A stretch of 64,000 nt of DNA. Origin: the human T2T-CHM13v2.0 reference genome, Homo sapiens. The stretch is taken from the NCBI RefSeq assembly GCF_009914755.1, contig NC_060929.1; one strand, given 5' to 3'. Under the pieces are notes generated by a model. It made no database searches. It saw only the letters and a program-made list of their open reading frames with translations, and was not told the DNA's origin. Positions 1 through 12,744 of the stretch are shown piece after piece; position 1 is the stretch's first letter, and the number at the start of each line of letters is the position of its first letter. The position numbers were made by a program, and so were the translations under genes.

Positions 1-125
1 ATGCAGGAGCTCAGAGTCAGGGGAACTGTGGTTAGGGACTTTGTGGGGAGCAGAGTGGTGTGAGGAGAGTGCCAGAGCCATGGAGAATGTTAATTACAGA
101 AGCTGATTTTCAAAGTACTACAATA

Positions 126-499
<374 letters not shown>

Positions 500-714
500 T
501 CATGTAAGACACTGTAGACATCACTTCTTACTAACCTTTGCTCTTTATAAAACTGGCGATCCTACATTATGTGTTCATGACACCAAGAAAAAGCATTGCC
601 CTCGTGAAAGTGCTATGATGATGATGATTGCAGCTGTGCGGGCCAGTATTATCATTTCAATTTCAGTCGGTACCCATTTGTTGAGTGTCATCACACTAGG
701 GAGGATGGTGGGGG

Positions 715-920
715 AGGAACAGCATGGGATTTGGCGTCCTGGGGCTTGGGTTGGATTCCCAGCTCTGTCACTTTGTTCTGGAACCTTGGATACTTAAGCT
801 TTCAGGGATCCAGTTTCAGCTGGTAAATTGGGATAACAGACCTACCTCACATGCTTTCCAGAGGATCAGATGAGGTGATGCAGTGTGAAAAAGCCATGCT
901 GGATGTGACAGAGGGCTACA
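715..920 (+). mobile_element. MIR SINE fragment
   Basis: MIR core-like (GGTTGGATTCCCAGCTCTGTCACTT...GGATCAGATGAGGTGATG); boundaries approximate. Confidence 0.7.
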
Positions 921-939
921 CAAAGGTGAGCTGCTGTCT

Positions 940-1258
940 AAATCAGGACAGGCTGGGGTCTGCTGCTGTAACAAACAAACAGTAACCTGACATTTCAATG
1001 GCTGCATGTCAGCCACAAGTCAGCCTAGGGGGCACTCTGCTCATCAGAGTCACACAGGGACACAGGCTCCTGGAGGAGCCCTTAGCTGCCTGCTCAGGAA
1101 AAAAATATGGTAGAGTCTGCATTGGCTCTGAAAGCTTCTGCTTACCTTTCATTAGCCACAGAAAGTCACATGGCCACATCGACTTCCAGTGAGCAGGGAA
1201 GTGCCATCCTATCATGTGTCAGAAGGAGATAGAGTTGGAATATTTATTCACAGCCTAT
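940..1258 (-). mobile_element. MLT1-family (MLT1K/L-like) MaLR LTR
   Basis: CAGGACAGGCTGGGGTCTGCTGCTGTAACAAAC end and AAGTCACATGGCCAC motif typical of reversed MLT1. Confidence 0.7.
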
Positions 1259-1904
1259 GACCCGAACAGTTGCTACTCTACAAGGCTGGATAAGATGTGG
1301 TCCTTGTCCTCAAGACGCTTACCAGAGCTCACCTCAAGATCCCTACCCAGGGGTTTTGGAAACATCTCCAGGAAAGTGTACCCTCTTCTTTCTGCCATGG
1401 ATCCCTGCCCCTGCCTGCCCACCACACGGCCAGGGCCTCATCACTTCTAGCTACCACATGAATGGCTTTGCTAAAAGCAGCTAGAACACCCACATGCTTC
1501 CCTGGCCTCTGCCACTCTTGTTGTAAAATAACCTCCAAGGCCTCTTTTTCGGAGCTTGTGCCTTCCCTTTGTCCTTCACCCAGATGTTGAGGAGAGGTGC
1601 CCAGGTGGCCAGGTTCGTGACGATCCCCCAGGCTGCAGCTAATTGCACCATGCTTGAATGCAGCTGGGAGGAACAGCTCTTTGCTTGCCTGGAGCCCTTC
1701 TTGTACCAGATGTCTGCGGACCTTCCCACCGCCCAAGCTCAGGTCTTACTGCCTTTAGGGAAAGAATGAAACAGGAAAGCTTAGCTCATTTGGTGTCTCT
1801 CACCCCAGGTTAGAACCATCTTTCTGTTCTTCTGCTGGAGCAGAGACATCTCTGTAGCTCCCTTCTCCATCACCCAGAGATTCCTGGGGTGGCCTGAGAC
1901 TCAC

Positions 1905-1968
1905 CAAAGCCTTTTTCTTCCTTCCTCTTGAGTGGTGTCCCTTCTCCTTGGACACTTTAGTTGGAGTC
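1905..1968 (-). other. Candidate 64-nt exon of a minus-strand (probably non-coding) transcript
   Basis: On minus strand: acceptor CTCTTTCATTCTCTCTCTCAG|G and donor TTG|GTGAGT. Confidence 0.4.
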
Positions 1969-1999
1969 CTGAGAGAGAGAATGAAAGAGTTTAATGCAA

Positions 2000-2245
2000 T
2001 ACTATTAGTAATAACAATAAATATAATAGGTTACCATGTGCTAGGCTCTGTTCTGAGTGCCTTGCATATATTAACTGATTAAATGTTCACAAGAAGCCTA
2101 TGAAGTAGGTATTATTAATAGTCCCACTTTAGAAATGAGGAAGAAACGCGCTCAGAGAGGTTATGTAGGTTGTTGAAGGTCACACAGCTAATACGTGGCA
2201 GAGCTGCGATTTAACCAAGACCGTGTGACTACAAAGCTCATACAG
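2000..2245 (-). mobile_element. MIR SINE
   Basis: CCCACTTTAGAAATGAGGAA...CTCAGAGAGGTTATGTAGG...AAGGTCACACAGCTA reverse MIR core. Confidence 0.85.
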
Positions 2246-2368
2246 ATCTGTTTTTATCATGGCAATTAGGTCTACAGTGGTTGAGAGAGATGGTTGAGGT
2301 TACAGATGGCAAGGGCGCCTTTATTCCTGGTGCTGGCAAAATGGCCTTCCCGGTGTATTAGGAGGTCG

Positions 2369-2387
2369 TGCCTGCCCTCTGCTGGTC
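2369..2387 (-). promoter_or_regulatory. CTCF core motif
   Basis: Minus strand GACCAGCAGAGGGCAGGC matches CCASYAGRKGGCRS; lies in non-repeat sequence with several retained CpGs. Confidence 0.55.
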
Positions 2388-3191
2388 GTGAATGAGCATT
2401 GCCACTCAGAGGATGTGGACGAGAACCCGCCGGCAAAGCACTTCACAGGTATTTCAAAGAGAGTAAACAGGCAAATAAACTTGCAGCTTACATGCAGCAG
2501 CGGCATATTGACTATTTCTTTCCCTCTGGTTTGGTGTGTTTTACATTTGTTTTTTTCTCCTGGAAAAAAAAAAAAGAGGAATAAAAAGCAAACAGGCAGC
2601 TCTCCACCTCTGAGAACAAGCAGAAGAAAACCACAATTATGCAACTATCAAATAACAAGTCTATGTGTTTATTGTCTCATGGAGATTGTAATGTAGTACT
2701 AGATGCCCAAAATGTCATCCTAAACAGATGTAAAGGCACATTTTTGGTCGTTCATAACTAAGTTAGGGTAAAATAGTTTCCTAAGTTAATCAGGGTATTC
2801 TTCCACTATCGAACGTTGCATGCAAAAAGATTCTTCATTTAAAAAAGTTCAGCTGTTTTGAATTATCTATGTTCAAATAGAAATTTTGTGTCCCTTTCTG
2901 ATTTGCTGTAGAAAGACAAAGGTGGCCATCTCTGACTAGGCTGCAGTGCAAGTCAGCCGGAGACATAGCACATAGCACATTACAGGGACCCAAGATTTTT
3001 GGGCTTATAGTAGTGACTACTCTTAAGGGGACAATCTGGCTTCTTCGAAGGCCCCCAGCCAAGAGGACCCCTTCAGACAAGTCAGTCCTGCCCACTAAAT
3101 CTTTATGGGGAGGGGAGTAGAAGGGAGAGGAAACACTGCCACGAAAATCTAATCCTGAAAACTGTCCCTGGGGATTAACCAGCTGAAGCCA

Positions 3192-3617
3192 AGTATTAGT
3201 TCTCACACTGCTATAAAGAACACCTGAGATTGGGTAATTTATAAAGGAAAGAGGTTTAATTGACTCAGAGTTCCACATGGTTGGGAAGGCCTCAGGAAAC
3301 TTACAATCATGGCAGGAGGTGAAGGGGAAGCAAGTCACATCTTACTTGGCGGCAGGAGAGGGAGACAGAGAGAGGAAATTTACAATCATGGCTGGAGGTG
3401 AAGGGGAAGCAAGGCACGTCTTACCTGGTGGCAGGATAGGGCAAGAGAGCAAATAGGGAAGTGCTACTTTTAAACAAATCTCATGAGAACTCACTCATGA
3501 TCACAAGAACACCGTGGAGGAAACCTCCCCCATGATCCAATCACCTCCTACTGGGTCCCTCCTTGGATTACAATTTGAGATGAGATTTGGGTGGGGACAC
3601 AGAGCCAAACCATATCA
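3192..3617 (-). mobile_element. Solo THE1 (THE1D-like) MaLR LTR with internal 79-bp duplication
   Basis: Ends (A)GTATTAG...AGAGCCAAACCATATCA; 5-bp TSD AGCCA/AGCCC. Confidence 0.9.
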
Positions 3618-3989
3618 AGCCCCTTGTAACAGGTACGTGACCTGAGGAGTCATGGCCTCTAAAGGTTGGATCTTCAGCTCCCAGACAGAGAATTGTCAGC
3701 ATTCGTAGTTCTTAACTTGGATATTTAAAGTTTCCCTCTCTGAGAAGTTTGAGCAAGTTACAGGACATAGGTCACACCCACAGCAAAACTTTCATTGATC
3801 AGGGCTCTTGTGTGTATTTTTCACCCCCTGCCAACACACTCTACTTAAGTAAATGTGAAAACCTCAAGAAAACTGCTGATCAGAAGATTCAGTAAAGCGG
3901 ACCTACTTTCAGGACATACCTTAGGATCTGTGCATATTCAGATATCCTGCATACCATGCTTGGACCAGGTACATTTATATCACGACCTT

Positions 3990-4360
3990 GGCTAACTTTT
4001 TCTCATCTATGCTCACTGCTTCAAATAATCGCCTCAACATGGGGCACTTGCAAGTCTGCTTCCTTACTGCTGCCTCTGTCCTGGGATCTGGATTGGCGTT
4101 TCCAACTGCCTGATGGGTAGCTCCATCTAGATGTCCCCCCAGGACCCGCAAGCAGCATGTCCAGATCTGACCCAAGCATCCCATCCCTGAAAGTCCCCTT
4201 GAATGCTTTATTTCTTTTAACGTCATCACAATTCTCCTTGGGATTCCAGCTCAAAGCCCCAAACTCCTCCACTTTGCCTCATGCTCTGTCCCACCAAATG
4301 GACCTGGCCAGCTGCGATTCTCTCCTACCTCTGTGCCTTCTTGACCTCCCCCTGTCCTGA
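3990..4360 (+). mobile_element. L2 LINE fragment
   Basis: TCCAACTGCCTGATGGGTAGCTCCATCTAGATGTCCC L2-like; approximate. Confidence 0.6.
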
Positions 4361-4389
4361 CTCCCTCCTGGCATGATGTCCTGGACAAG

Positions 4390-4590
4390 GGGGAGTTTCA
4401 GAGCCAGACATGGGTTCAAATCCCAGCTCCATTATTTATTGCATATCTGAATGTGGACTTTTTCCCTTAATTTATTCGAGCCTCATCTGTAAAATTGAAA
4501 CAAATATGTACCTCGTAAAAGTAATTGTGAGATCAATCAGATAATATAGATTAAATGCCTGGTATAGGGTGAATGTTAAATATATGTTAT
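4390..4590 (+). mobile_element. MIR SINE
   Basis: GAGCCAGACATGGGTTCAAATCCCAGCTCC...CCTCATCTGTAAAAT. Confidence 0.85.
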
Positions 4591-5269
4591 TTTTCTACCC
4601 TCTCATTCAGGCTTCATTATTTCTCACGGGGGCTAACTTTGAGTAGCCTCCTAATTCATCCTTGCCTCTTTGCTCTCCATCACAAGCACTGATTGCATAT
4701 CCACTACTTGCCAGGCACTGGGCTAGTCACCAGGAAGAGAAACATTAAACAAGTCCACAAGGCCCTGCCCCTGTGAGGCTTACAATTCAATGGAGAAAGT
4801 AACATTCTCTCCTTCCTGTGATTTATTGTCACTCTTGTACCTGATGGATCTTGCTTAAGCACAGATTACATGTCATTTTTCTACTCAAGACTGTTAGTGG
4901 CAGCCCATTTCCCATCTCATGAGATATCTTTCTTTGGCTGGCATTTAAGCCCTTCTGAATTAATAAAGTTCTCATTTGCTTTTGTAGCCCAATTTCCTTC
5001 CACTGCCCCTATGTATATCCTCCTTTCTGTCCAAGTAGAATTACTTGTCAATCCCAGTATAATGGACATTTGTCTTTTTAAAAACTACCGATCCTTGTGG
5101 GACATCTTTTCTGTTTCAGAGAAATCTCCATGAGTGAGTCTTGGTGAAAGGCAGAAACTCACAGTCCTTCTCTTTACTCGGTGGATACCAGCATGTAAGC
5201 AAATAAACCGGGCTCAGCCAGTCAAAAACTCTACTCAAGATTCTGAGTTTTGGGAAAGTGACACAGTAT

Positions 5270-5400
5270 CAGAAGACACACGCAGAGTATTTAACTCGAG
5301 AGACTTCAGTGAAGAGAATATTTACAGAGGTATAGTCAGGGTTAGAAAAACAAACAAAAGATGGTGAAGTTCCTCTGTCCCAGGACTAGCAATGCCCTTG
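5270..5400 (-). mobile_element. ERVL-class LTR fragment (LTR33-like)
   Basis: TATTTACAGAGGTATAGTCAGGGTTAGAAAAAC...GGACTAGCAA resembles reversed LTR33. Confidence 0.45.
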
Positions 5401-5521
5401 GGGTTCACTTATAAAGATGAATGTTGATAAATGCTTATGTACTGAAACAAAACAGAAAATTGTGGTACTTTTCTCATTTTATCTGCAACAATCTAGGGAG
5501 TCACATAAGAATGTGTTCTCA

Positions 5522-5813
5522 GGCCGGGTGCAGTGGCTCATGCCTGTAATCCCAGCACTTTGGAAGGCCGAGGCAGGCAGATCACTTCAGGCCGGGAGTC
5601 AAGACCAGCCTGGCTAAAATGATGAAACCTTGTCTCTACTAAAAATATAAAAACTACCCAGGTGTGGTGGCGCACCCCTGCAATCCCAGTTACTTCAGAA
5701 GCTGAGGCACGAGAATCGCTTGAGCCTGAGAGGTGGAGGCTGCAGTGAACTGAGATCTCGTCGCCACTGCACTCCAGCCTGGGCAACAGAGTAAGACTCT
5801 GTCTCAAAAAAAA
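5522..5813 (+). mobile_element. Alu (AluS-like)
   Basis: Full dimer; TSD AAGAATGTGTTCTCA (5507-5521) / AAGAATGTTTTCCCA (5814-5828). Confidence 0.97.
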
Positions 5814-6569
5814 AAGAATGTTTTCCCAGGTTGCCTGGCCAAAGAGGGAAGGGCATGATTTTAGCCTGGACCGGACTTACCAGTACAGGTGCACCTACCA
5901 GTGACTTTAGTTCCAGCATTTGAAAGTGATCTCAGTTGTTGGCTTGGTGAATAGATTGAAGCCACTAAGTGATATTATGAGATCAATTTCTTAACATTAA
6001 GTAGAAAAAGAAGTCAAAAAATCTTGAGAGATGGGAATGCTGGAGTGAATGTAGCCTGTTTGACCAGGACCTATCCCTCTGAGTTTCTGGAGAGGACCCA
6101 AAAAGGCCTTTGCTAAGGCCTTTGGCAATAACACTGGAGAGGAGACCTGCCATCTTTGAACAGTGCTTTCGTGGCTGTTTGGGGTAGGCTGGGTATGCTA
6201 GCAGAAGGTGCTACAGTTGAAACAGGTTCTCTGTTTCCAGTGGGGTTGGGGAGCTGGTTGGGAAGTGATGGGGGCAGAGGAGAAGCACTTATCCAGCAGA
6301 GACAATGGGGGTGTATTTACTGTGGTAGGCAGCAGAGTTGACTCGGTAATGCGAATAATTTAGCTATCAAGGATCTTTGGCAGAAGCTAAGCGATCCTGA
6401 AGGTCCATGGGTATATGAGTAATTCATCAAGTTCCTACTGGATTTGCATAGCTAAAAAGAACTCTCAGGGTGAGAGGCTGTGGATTTGCCAAAATTTGTG
6501 TAGTATAAACTCATGGCCAAGAAAGAAGAACACTAAAGCAGCCACCACCCTCTCAATCTCTGACCTCCA

Positions 6570-7320
6570 TGAGGAAATGAGAGGCTTGAGGACTGTGGAT
6601 AGCAGTGCCACTTTCACATGGGCAGATGATTAAACACTGAGAGGCATCAGTTCATACTTGACCCTACCTGCACTTCAGCAAAACCAAAATTCAAATTACT
6701 GAGGAGGAGCAGCTGTGATCAATGGAGAACTTAAAGTGCTCAATTTAAATGGGTAATGTGGAAAATGTCTATTTTTTCCTTGATTTTACATGTATGTGTC
6801 CAACTAAAATAATCAATTTTAGTGACAAAATTGAGAACTTAGACCACTAAACACTGAAGTGATCCATGCCTTGCTGATTCACAGTTTACCCATTTAGTAT
6901 GAAGTCCCACCCCTCGCAAACAAAGAGGACTGGAGCCCGGGGAAAATTTCATTTCTTTCAGATTTTATCCATCAGATCTTAAAGTGCTATGGTGATGTAT
7001 CTGGAGAACTCAGGCCACAGTCTTAGAGGTTTCTTCACTATTGATGAAAAAGGAATCCAAAGGTAGTTTAGAATGGATGACCCTCCTGTTAGCAGAGTAG
7101 TAAATAAAATACTGTATTGGAGTCAAGTGTCCCCGTACACTGACCAGTATGGAAAAGTCTGTCCTGTTGGAAACCTGGTGGTAAAACAAAAATCTCCTAC
7201 TTTAAAGTATTTTGATAAACTAAACTGAAGAACTAAATGGGAAACTTCACTTTCAGGCCCTGATGCCTAATTTGAAAATTATCAGTAACTTCATCCCATG
7301 AGATATTAAATAAACACATA
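6570..7320 (+). pseudogene. PRDX4: Old processed pseudogene of peroxiredoxin 4
   Basis: Intronless collinear remnants: CHF (about 6607), LHFSKTKI, AVINGELK, LDFTCMCPTKII (6779-6814), DSQFTHL (6876), LSDFIHQILKCYG, YLENSGHSLRGFFTIDEKGI, YTDQYGKVCP, LKYFDKLN-stop (7202-7228, the PRDX4 C-terminus); many frameshifts and stops. Confidence 0.9.
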
Positions 7321-7888
7321 ACTTCCAGATTATGTGACCATGTGTCTGATGGAAGCTAAGCCACTATGGCAGAAAGTGACGACAGATAGGGCCCTGGGCA
7401 GTACATAAAGAAGTTGGAACACCAAGGTAGGACTGCCATAATACCTCAAGGACAAGAATCGGTCCTTCCTCCTAGTTTTCCAAAGATAACTGAAGACCAC
7501 TTACCATGGTAACTGAGTACCAGGGAAAGATTATTTTGACATTGACTCTAAACTAACAAATTGTTAGAGATTGGAGAAGGGGCTTATGGAGACCATGAGA
7601 TTAGTGACGTTTTGCCCAAATCCACTTCAAATATGGCTTCATGAGATCCCCATCATACCTGGTTGTTTCACCAGTCCCTAGGCATATAGTTAAAATCAAT
7701 ATTTAACAGTTAGAAGAATCCTCACTTGTGAAGAAAGATATTTCATGGCAGGAAGGACCCAAAGAAAATGGCTGGAGGGCTCTACCAAAATATTAAAAAA
7801 AAAAAAAAAAAGAAAGAAAGCAAACGTTTCTGGGAAGTGGGGGAAGGAGGAATGTACCCATGCAGATTAGTGCTAATTGGAAGGTGCA

Positions 7889-8227
<339 letters not shown>

Positions 8228-8350
8228 TCAAAATAAGGATAGTAATATTGTTTATCTCGTAGAGCTATCGTGATGATTAAATGAGTTAATACATGCACGA
8301 TGAAAATGATAATCACAAAACAAATGCTAGCTACTCCTTTTGCAATTATT
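8228..8350 (+). mobile_element. MIR 3' fragment inside ERVL pol
   Basis: AAAATAAGGATAGTAATA...GTGATGATTAAATGAGTTAATACATG. Confidence 0.7.
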
Positions 8351-8955
8351 ATACTTGTAACTCCTATTTAACCCTGCATAGGGATATGCAGAAGACAAAT
8401 GACCTTCAAGCATTATTATAGGTTATTTTAAGCATAATTAGGTGTGGTAAGATTCAGGACCTAGAGAGTAGAGGAATAATCCTCCTCCCCAAATACAAGG
8501 TCTTTTTACTTCAATTTGCTTGGGAAATTCAATGGGCTAGGGCATGTCAATATATCTCCTCCTGGGTGAAGGCACATCCCTGTACCCGACACCTCCTACC
8601 AAGAGGCAAAAAGCTAGGCACGCCTCTTTGGATTTTGAGTGGGGTGTGAGTTATATTTGCATTGTGCTGCTCTGAATCACTTTTAGCTAATTTAACTTAG
8701 TGTAAGATACCCAAACAAGAGACAGTTCTCCATCTGATCTAGCAGTACCACTCAACTTTCTGATTCAGGAGTCCAGTGGATCTTGAAGTATTTGCAGCAG
8801 TTTGAGTTTCTGTGAGGAGCCTATTGCAACCCCCAACAGGAGATCACAGCAAAGGCCCTGAGAGTCTTTGAGCAAAGCTATTCTATTTCAATCAACAACT
8901 ATTTTCTTTTGAGGACTTGCTACGGAGCCTTAGTAGAAAGTGAACCCCTGACGAC

Positions 8956-9148
8956 AAAACATCAAGTGGCCATGTAACCTGGTTGCTTATCGTGAACTAA
9001 CTGTGTTATTTGATCCAACTAATCATAAAGTCAGTTGTGCCCAGCAGTGTGGGCACGAAACGTCAGGTGGCCATGTAACGTGGCTGCCTATCATCAACTG
9101 TTATTTGATCCAACTAACCACAAAGTCAGATGTACCCATCAGTGTTCC
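8956..9148. repeat. About 100-bp tandem duplication
   Basis: AAACRTCARGTGGCCATGTAAC...TGTTATTTGATCCAACTAA...AAAGTCAG occurs twice (about 8957 and 9058). Confidence 0.9.
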
Positions 9149-10046
9149 ACCATCAAATGCAAGTGGTAGATATGGGACTAGGCCTGAGCAGCTTCTGAAG
9201 GCACAAGGAATTTGCAGAAGTGGGCAGCTCACACTGCCAGCTTGCTGGAATCTACATGACCCTCAGCTCACACCTCTGATGTCATGGGGAGTTTGCTAAG
9301 AACAGGCCACCACAGAAACATGAATCATTGGTTTAGAGCTGGTGCACATGATGTGCAGGTCCTGGTTATATAGAGATTGTTGTGGCTTTAAAACCCCACT
9401 TGGTGTGGCCCTGAAGGACAATAGGGAAGGAAAATCTTTCTGGGAGCAAAACTTAAGGCTGTACATAACCATGTCATTCATTTTGCCTGGAAGAAGAGAG
9501 AGCTTGAATTATGACAAACCAATTCACAAGCAGCAGTTAATAATTTGTCCAGATTGAGACTTGACATGTTGTTGGTAGGTTGGTAACAATGAGGTTGGGT
9601 ATGTGTCTCCTGAATTGGGCCTGGAATGTGAGAGTACTTGTCTCCCGTGATGATGGTCACAAAAGGACTTCATGCCAAGGTGGGTCCTTCCCCCACCACC
9701 TCAATGCTTGTTTAATCAGTTCCTGAACTTGTAACTATGGCAACAGGCATGGAGGCTATGTAGGGACTCCCTGAAGGGATCAACCCTCTGTCTGTCCAGG
9801 TAGATTACACCAAGCCCTTTCTAAGATGGAGGAGCTAGTGATTGTCTTCACTGGAATATAAGATTTTCTGAATTTGCATTTGCTCCTCTTGATAGATTCT
9901 GAACAAACTTGCATCTACCAGTGTCACCATCAATGGGCATACTGAGTAACTCATGATCTTCCACATCATAATGCTTTTGACCAAAAGGAGCTTACTTCTC
10001 AGTGGAGAAAGTAAAGTAATGGCAGAGGCTCAAGGGACTCTCTAGT

Positions 10047-10391
10047 TGTGGTAGATTGGGTGGCTCCCCACCAATTTTAGTGTCCCTCTTTGCCTGAGGA
10101 TTACACATGCACGCCCTGTTAAGCCCATGGAAGGCCATGTGACTTGCTTTGGCCAATAAAATGTAAGTGTGAGTGGAAGTAATGTGTGTCACTTTCAAGC
10201 AGCAGCTCTTGAGCCAGCATATGGTTTCCTGTCATGAGACCAACAATGCTCCAGAAAGAGGCTGCTCCATCCACCTGTGTCCCAGAGTAAAGATGTCATG
10301 AAGCAGAGGTGAACAGTCCCATGCACAGTGAATGAGAAAGAAACATCCATTGTTTATCACTGCAGCATGACTTGTCTATGCAGACTACTCA
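10047..10391 (+). mobile_element. MLT1 (MLT1I/J-like) LTR
   Basis: TGTGGTAG start, GGCCATGTGACTTGCTTTGGCCAATAAAATGT, end ACTGCAGCATGACTTG...GACT. Confidence 0.8.
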
Positions 10392-10394
10392 TGC

Positions 10395-10550
10395 TCTCCT
10401 CTTTTTCTCTTTCTTTATTTTTCTCATTTCTTTCTTTCTCTTTCTTCTTTTTTCTTCTTCCTCTCTCTTTCTCTTTCTTTCTTTCCTTCCTTCCTTCCTT
10501 CCTTCCTTCCTTCCTTCTCCTTAATTTCTCTTTCTTTCCCTTGTTTCTCA
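10395..10550. repeat. Polypyrimidine (TTTC/TTCC)n simple repeat
   Basis: Directly visible. Confidence 0.95.
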
Positions 10551-10574
10551 TTTCTACTAGCAGGTATCAGTAGA

Positions 10575-11026
10575 CTCTATGTGCTGGTCTTTGGCAGATA
10601 CAGCATGGAGCCTTCTTCCTGGTCCCAGCACTAGCCACACCATGCCCCGCCTGGCAAACTAGTGCTGTCATCCAATGCTGCCCATCAGGGGTGCTCCAGT
10701 GCTGCGGTTCCAAGACAGTGCTCTGTGGTTCCAGGAGTGTCCCCAGTGGCAGCCCCTCTTTGGCAGTCCCAAATAGCTGGGTGGCATTCCTGGAAGTGCC
10801 ACGGAATGAGCTCCTGGCTGTGGATGGAACCACCTTATCTTTGTTTCTGCATTTGTAGGGATGGGAATATCTTCCTTCAGATACTCATCTCTGGGTTAGG
10901 CAACCCAGAGCCCTTCAGGTTTTGCTTTCTTTGCCCAGTCATTGTTTTTGTAACTAATTCCTGGAATTAAATCCTTCATGTTAGAAGTATTTAGCTTGTT
11001 TTCTTGATTGAATCCTGAACAATGCA
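10575..11026 (+). mobile_element. Old ERVL-class LTR (3' part)
   Basis: ATTAAA signal then TTTTCTTGATTGAATCCTGAACAATGCA, like the class III LTR end TTCCTGACTGAACCCTGACTGATACA. Confidence 0.5.
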
Positions 11027-11539
11027 TGACCCTTTCCTTTAAAGCACATCCCTAATGCCTTTTCCTCCATGAAGTCTTATCCGAGCTCCCATCTAGAGGT
11101 AATCTATTAACTATTTACAATTATTTGACATTTTTAGAGTTTTTTGGCATTTGTAACTCCATTTTGTATGAAATTCACTTATTTTGTCCTGCCCAACTTC
11201 CATTACATTATGAACACATTGAAAGCAGTCACTGCATCTTCATAATGGTTGTGTTTTCTTCAGCAACTAGCTCAGTCCCAAAAACTCAGTTGATATTCTC
11301 AGCACATGTGGGTTGATTTGAATTGACGTTTCAAATGGAAACCCACAGTCTTAACAATGTCTTCAGCTTTCAAAAATTCTGTTTGTTTTCTATGCTGTAA
11401 TAGATTAAATCAGAAGTAAAACAAAAATAACTGTGGGTGAATTGCAGAAAATGTTTTATTCAATGATTTCCCAAAGAGCAATGAAAATATTTGCACATCC
11501 TATTTCCCACACTCACTCATTCATCCACTTAAAATGATG

Positions 11540-11700
11540 CTTTCCAATTTAATAAAGCATTTTCACAAACATTATCTTATTTAAACCTCACATTGAGAAT
11601 GTAAAATAGAAATGAATGCCCTCACTTCACACAGTCTTAAATGGCAGAGCTGGGTTCCTACCCCAGACCTTCTAACTCAAAAGTCCAGCACTCACCTTAC
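11540..11700 (-). mobile_element. MIR fragment
   Basis: ATGGCAGAGCTGGGTTCCTACCCCAGACCTTCTAACTCAAAAGTCCAG. Confidence 0.65.
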
Positions 11701-12744
11701 CTTTTGCTTGAAGCTGGGGTTCTGGTCAGCCAAGAATTATAATTCACTAATTCTTTTCTCACTGCTAATAAATGCCATTAGACATGCAGACTTCCCTGTT
11801 TTGTACAAAAGTCCAAAATCACAGATTATCTCTGATTCCTTTTTCATATGAAATAAAGGGGAAAATGACCATTTTATTCCCTTGGCTTAGAGAATATGGG
11901 CAGTCATGTTTTCAATTTCACAGTTCATTGCACGTACATTTATTAGATTAGTGCTGGTTTAGAAACGCACCATGGAACCTCCCAATAACTTGGCAGTCAC
12001 TTTTTGATTGCTTCTCGGAATTGTACTGTCTTTTTCTCCCAAGACTCTGACCAAGGTTTAGTGACTCAAAACTGAAACGCTGCAGGCATAAATTGAATCC
12101 AGCCCCAGCAAGGCTCAAGTTATTACTTTTCTCCACCTGATTATTATTCTGGTTTTCACTGGTGTCAGTTCTTGTCTCAGGGGCTGATGTTGTAGAAGCA
12201 GATGTCCTTTCCAGGCTAGGAGACTAACAGCGACATGTGTGCCCTGGTTTAGAGGGGAGCCTTATTCTATCACTCTTCTGCATTGGACCCCAAACACCTG
12301 AAAATATAGCCCCAGCAAGCTCATCTTACATTTGGGTAGAAAAAAGAATTGTTCCATGGCCAGCTATACGAGGTGTTATTTGAAGGGTACTGGAAAGGTC
12401 CAGGCATAAATGTCATTCCCTGCACCATACCACTTACCTTGCACTGCAGTTGATGTCTAAATTCCACCAGCAATAAGTTATTTTTTTCATTTCCATTTGG
12501 TTTTTAAATCACATATTCCTGAGTTTAACACAATTGATTTGCTTATCTAATTTTATCTGATCTAATTTTCTGATCAGTTTTGGCTCCAGAACTTTAACCA
12601 CTCTTAACCACTCCCTTATTTTGTTTCTTTAATGTTGGGCAAAATACTTACAATACTGGTTGGTGCATAATAAATCCTTAACCATTGGTAGTTTTACTGT
12701 TGTTATTGTTATTTAATTTGTTTTACTAGCCTAATGAGTTAATA

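Noticed and set aside
1329-1769. Overlapping ORFs as a coding exon
   Set aside because: No recognisable protein similarity in any frame; kept only as a possible non-coding exon
10328-10573. Hydrophobic or basic ORFs
   Set aside because: Translation of a TTTC/TTCC microsatellite
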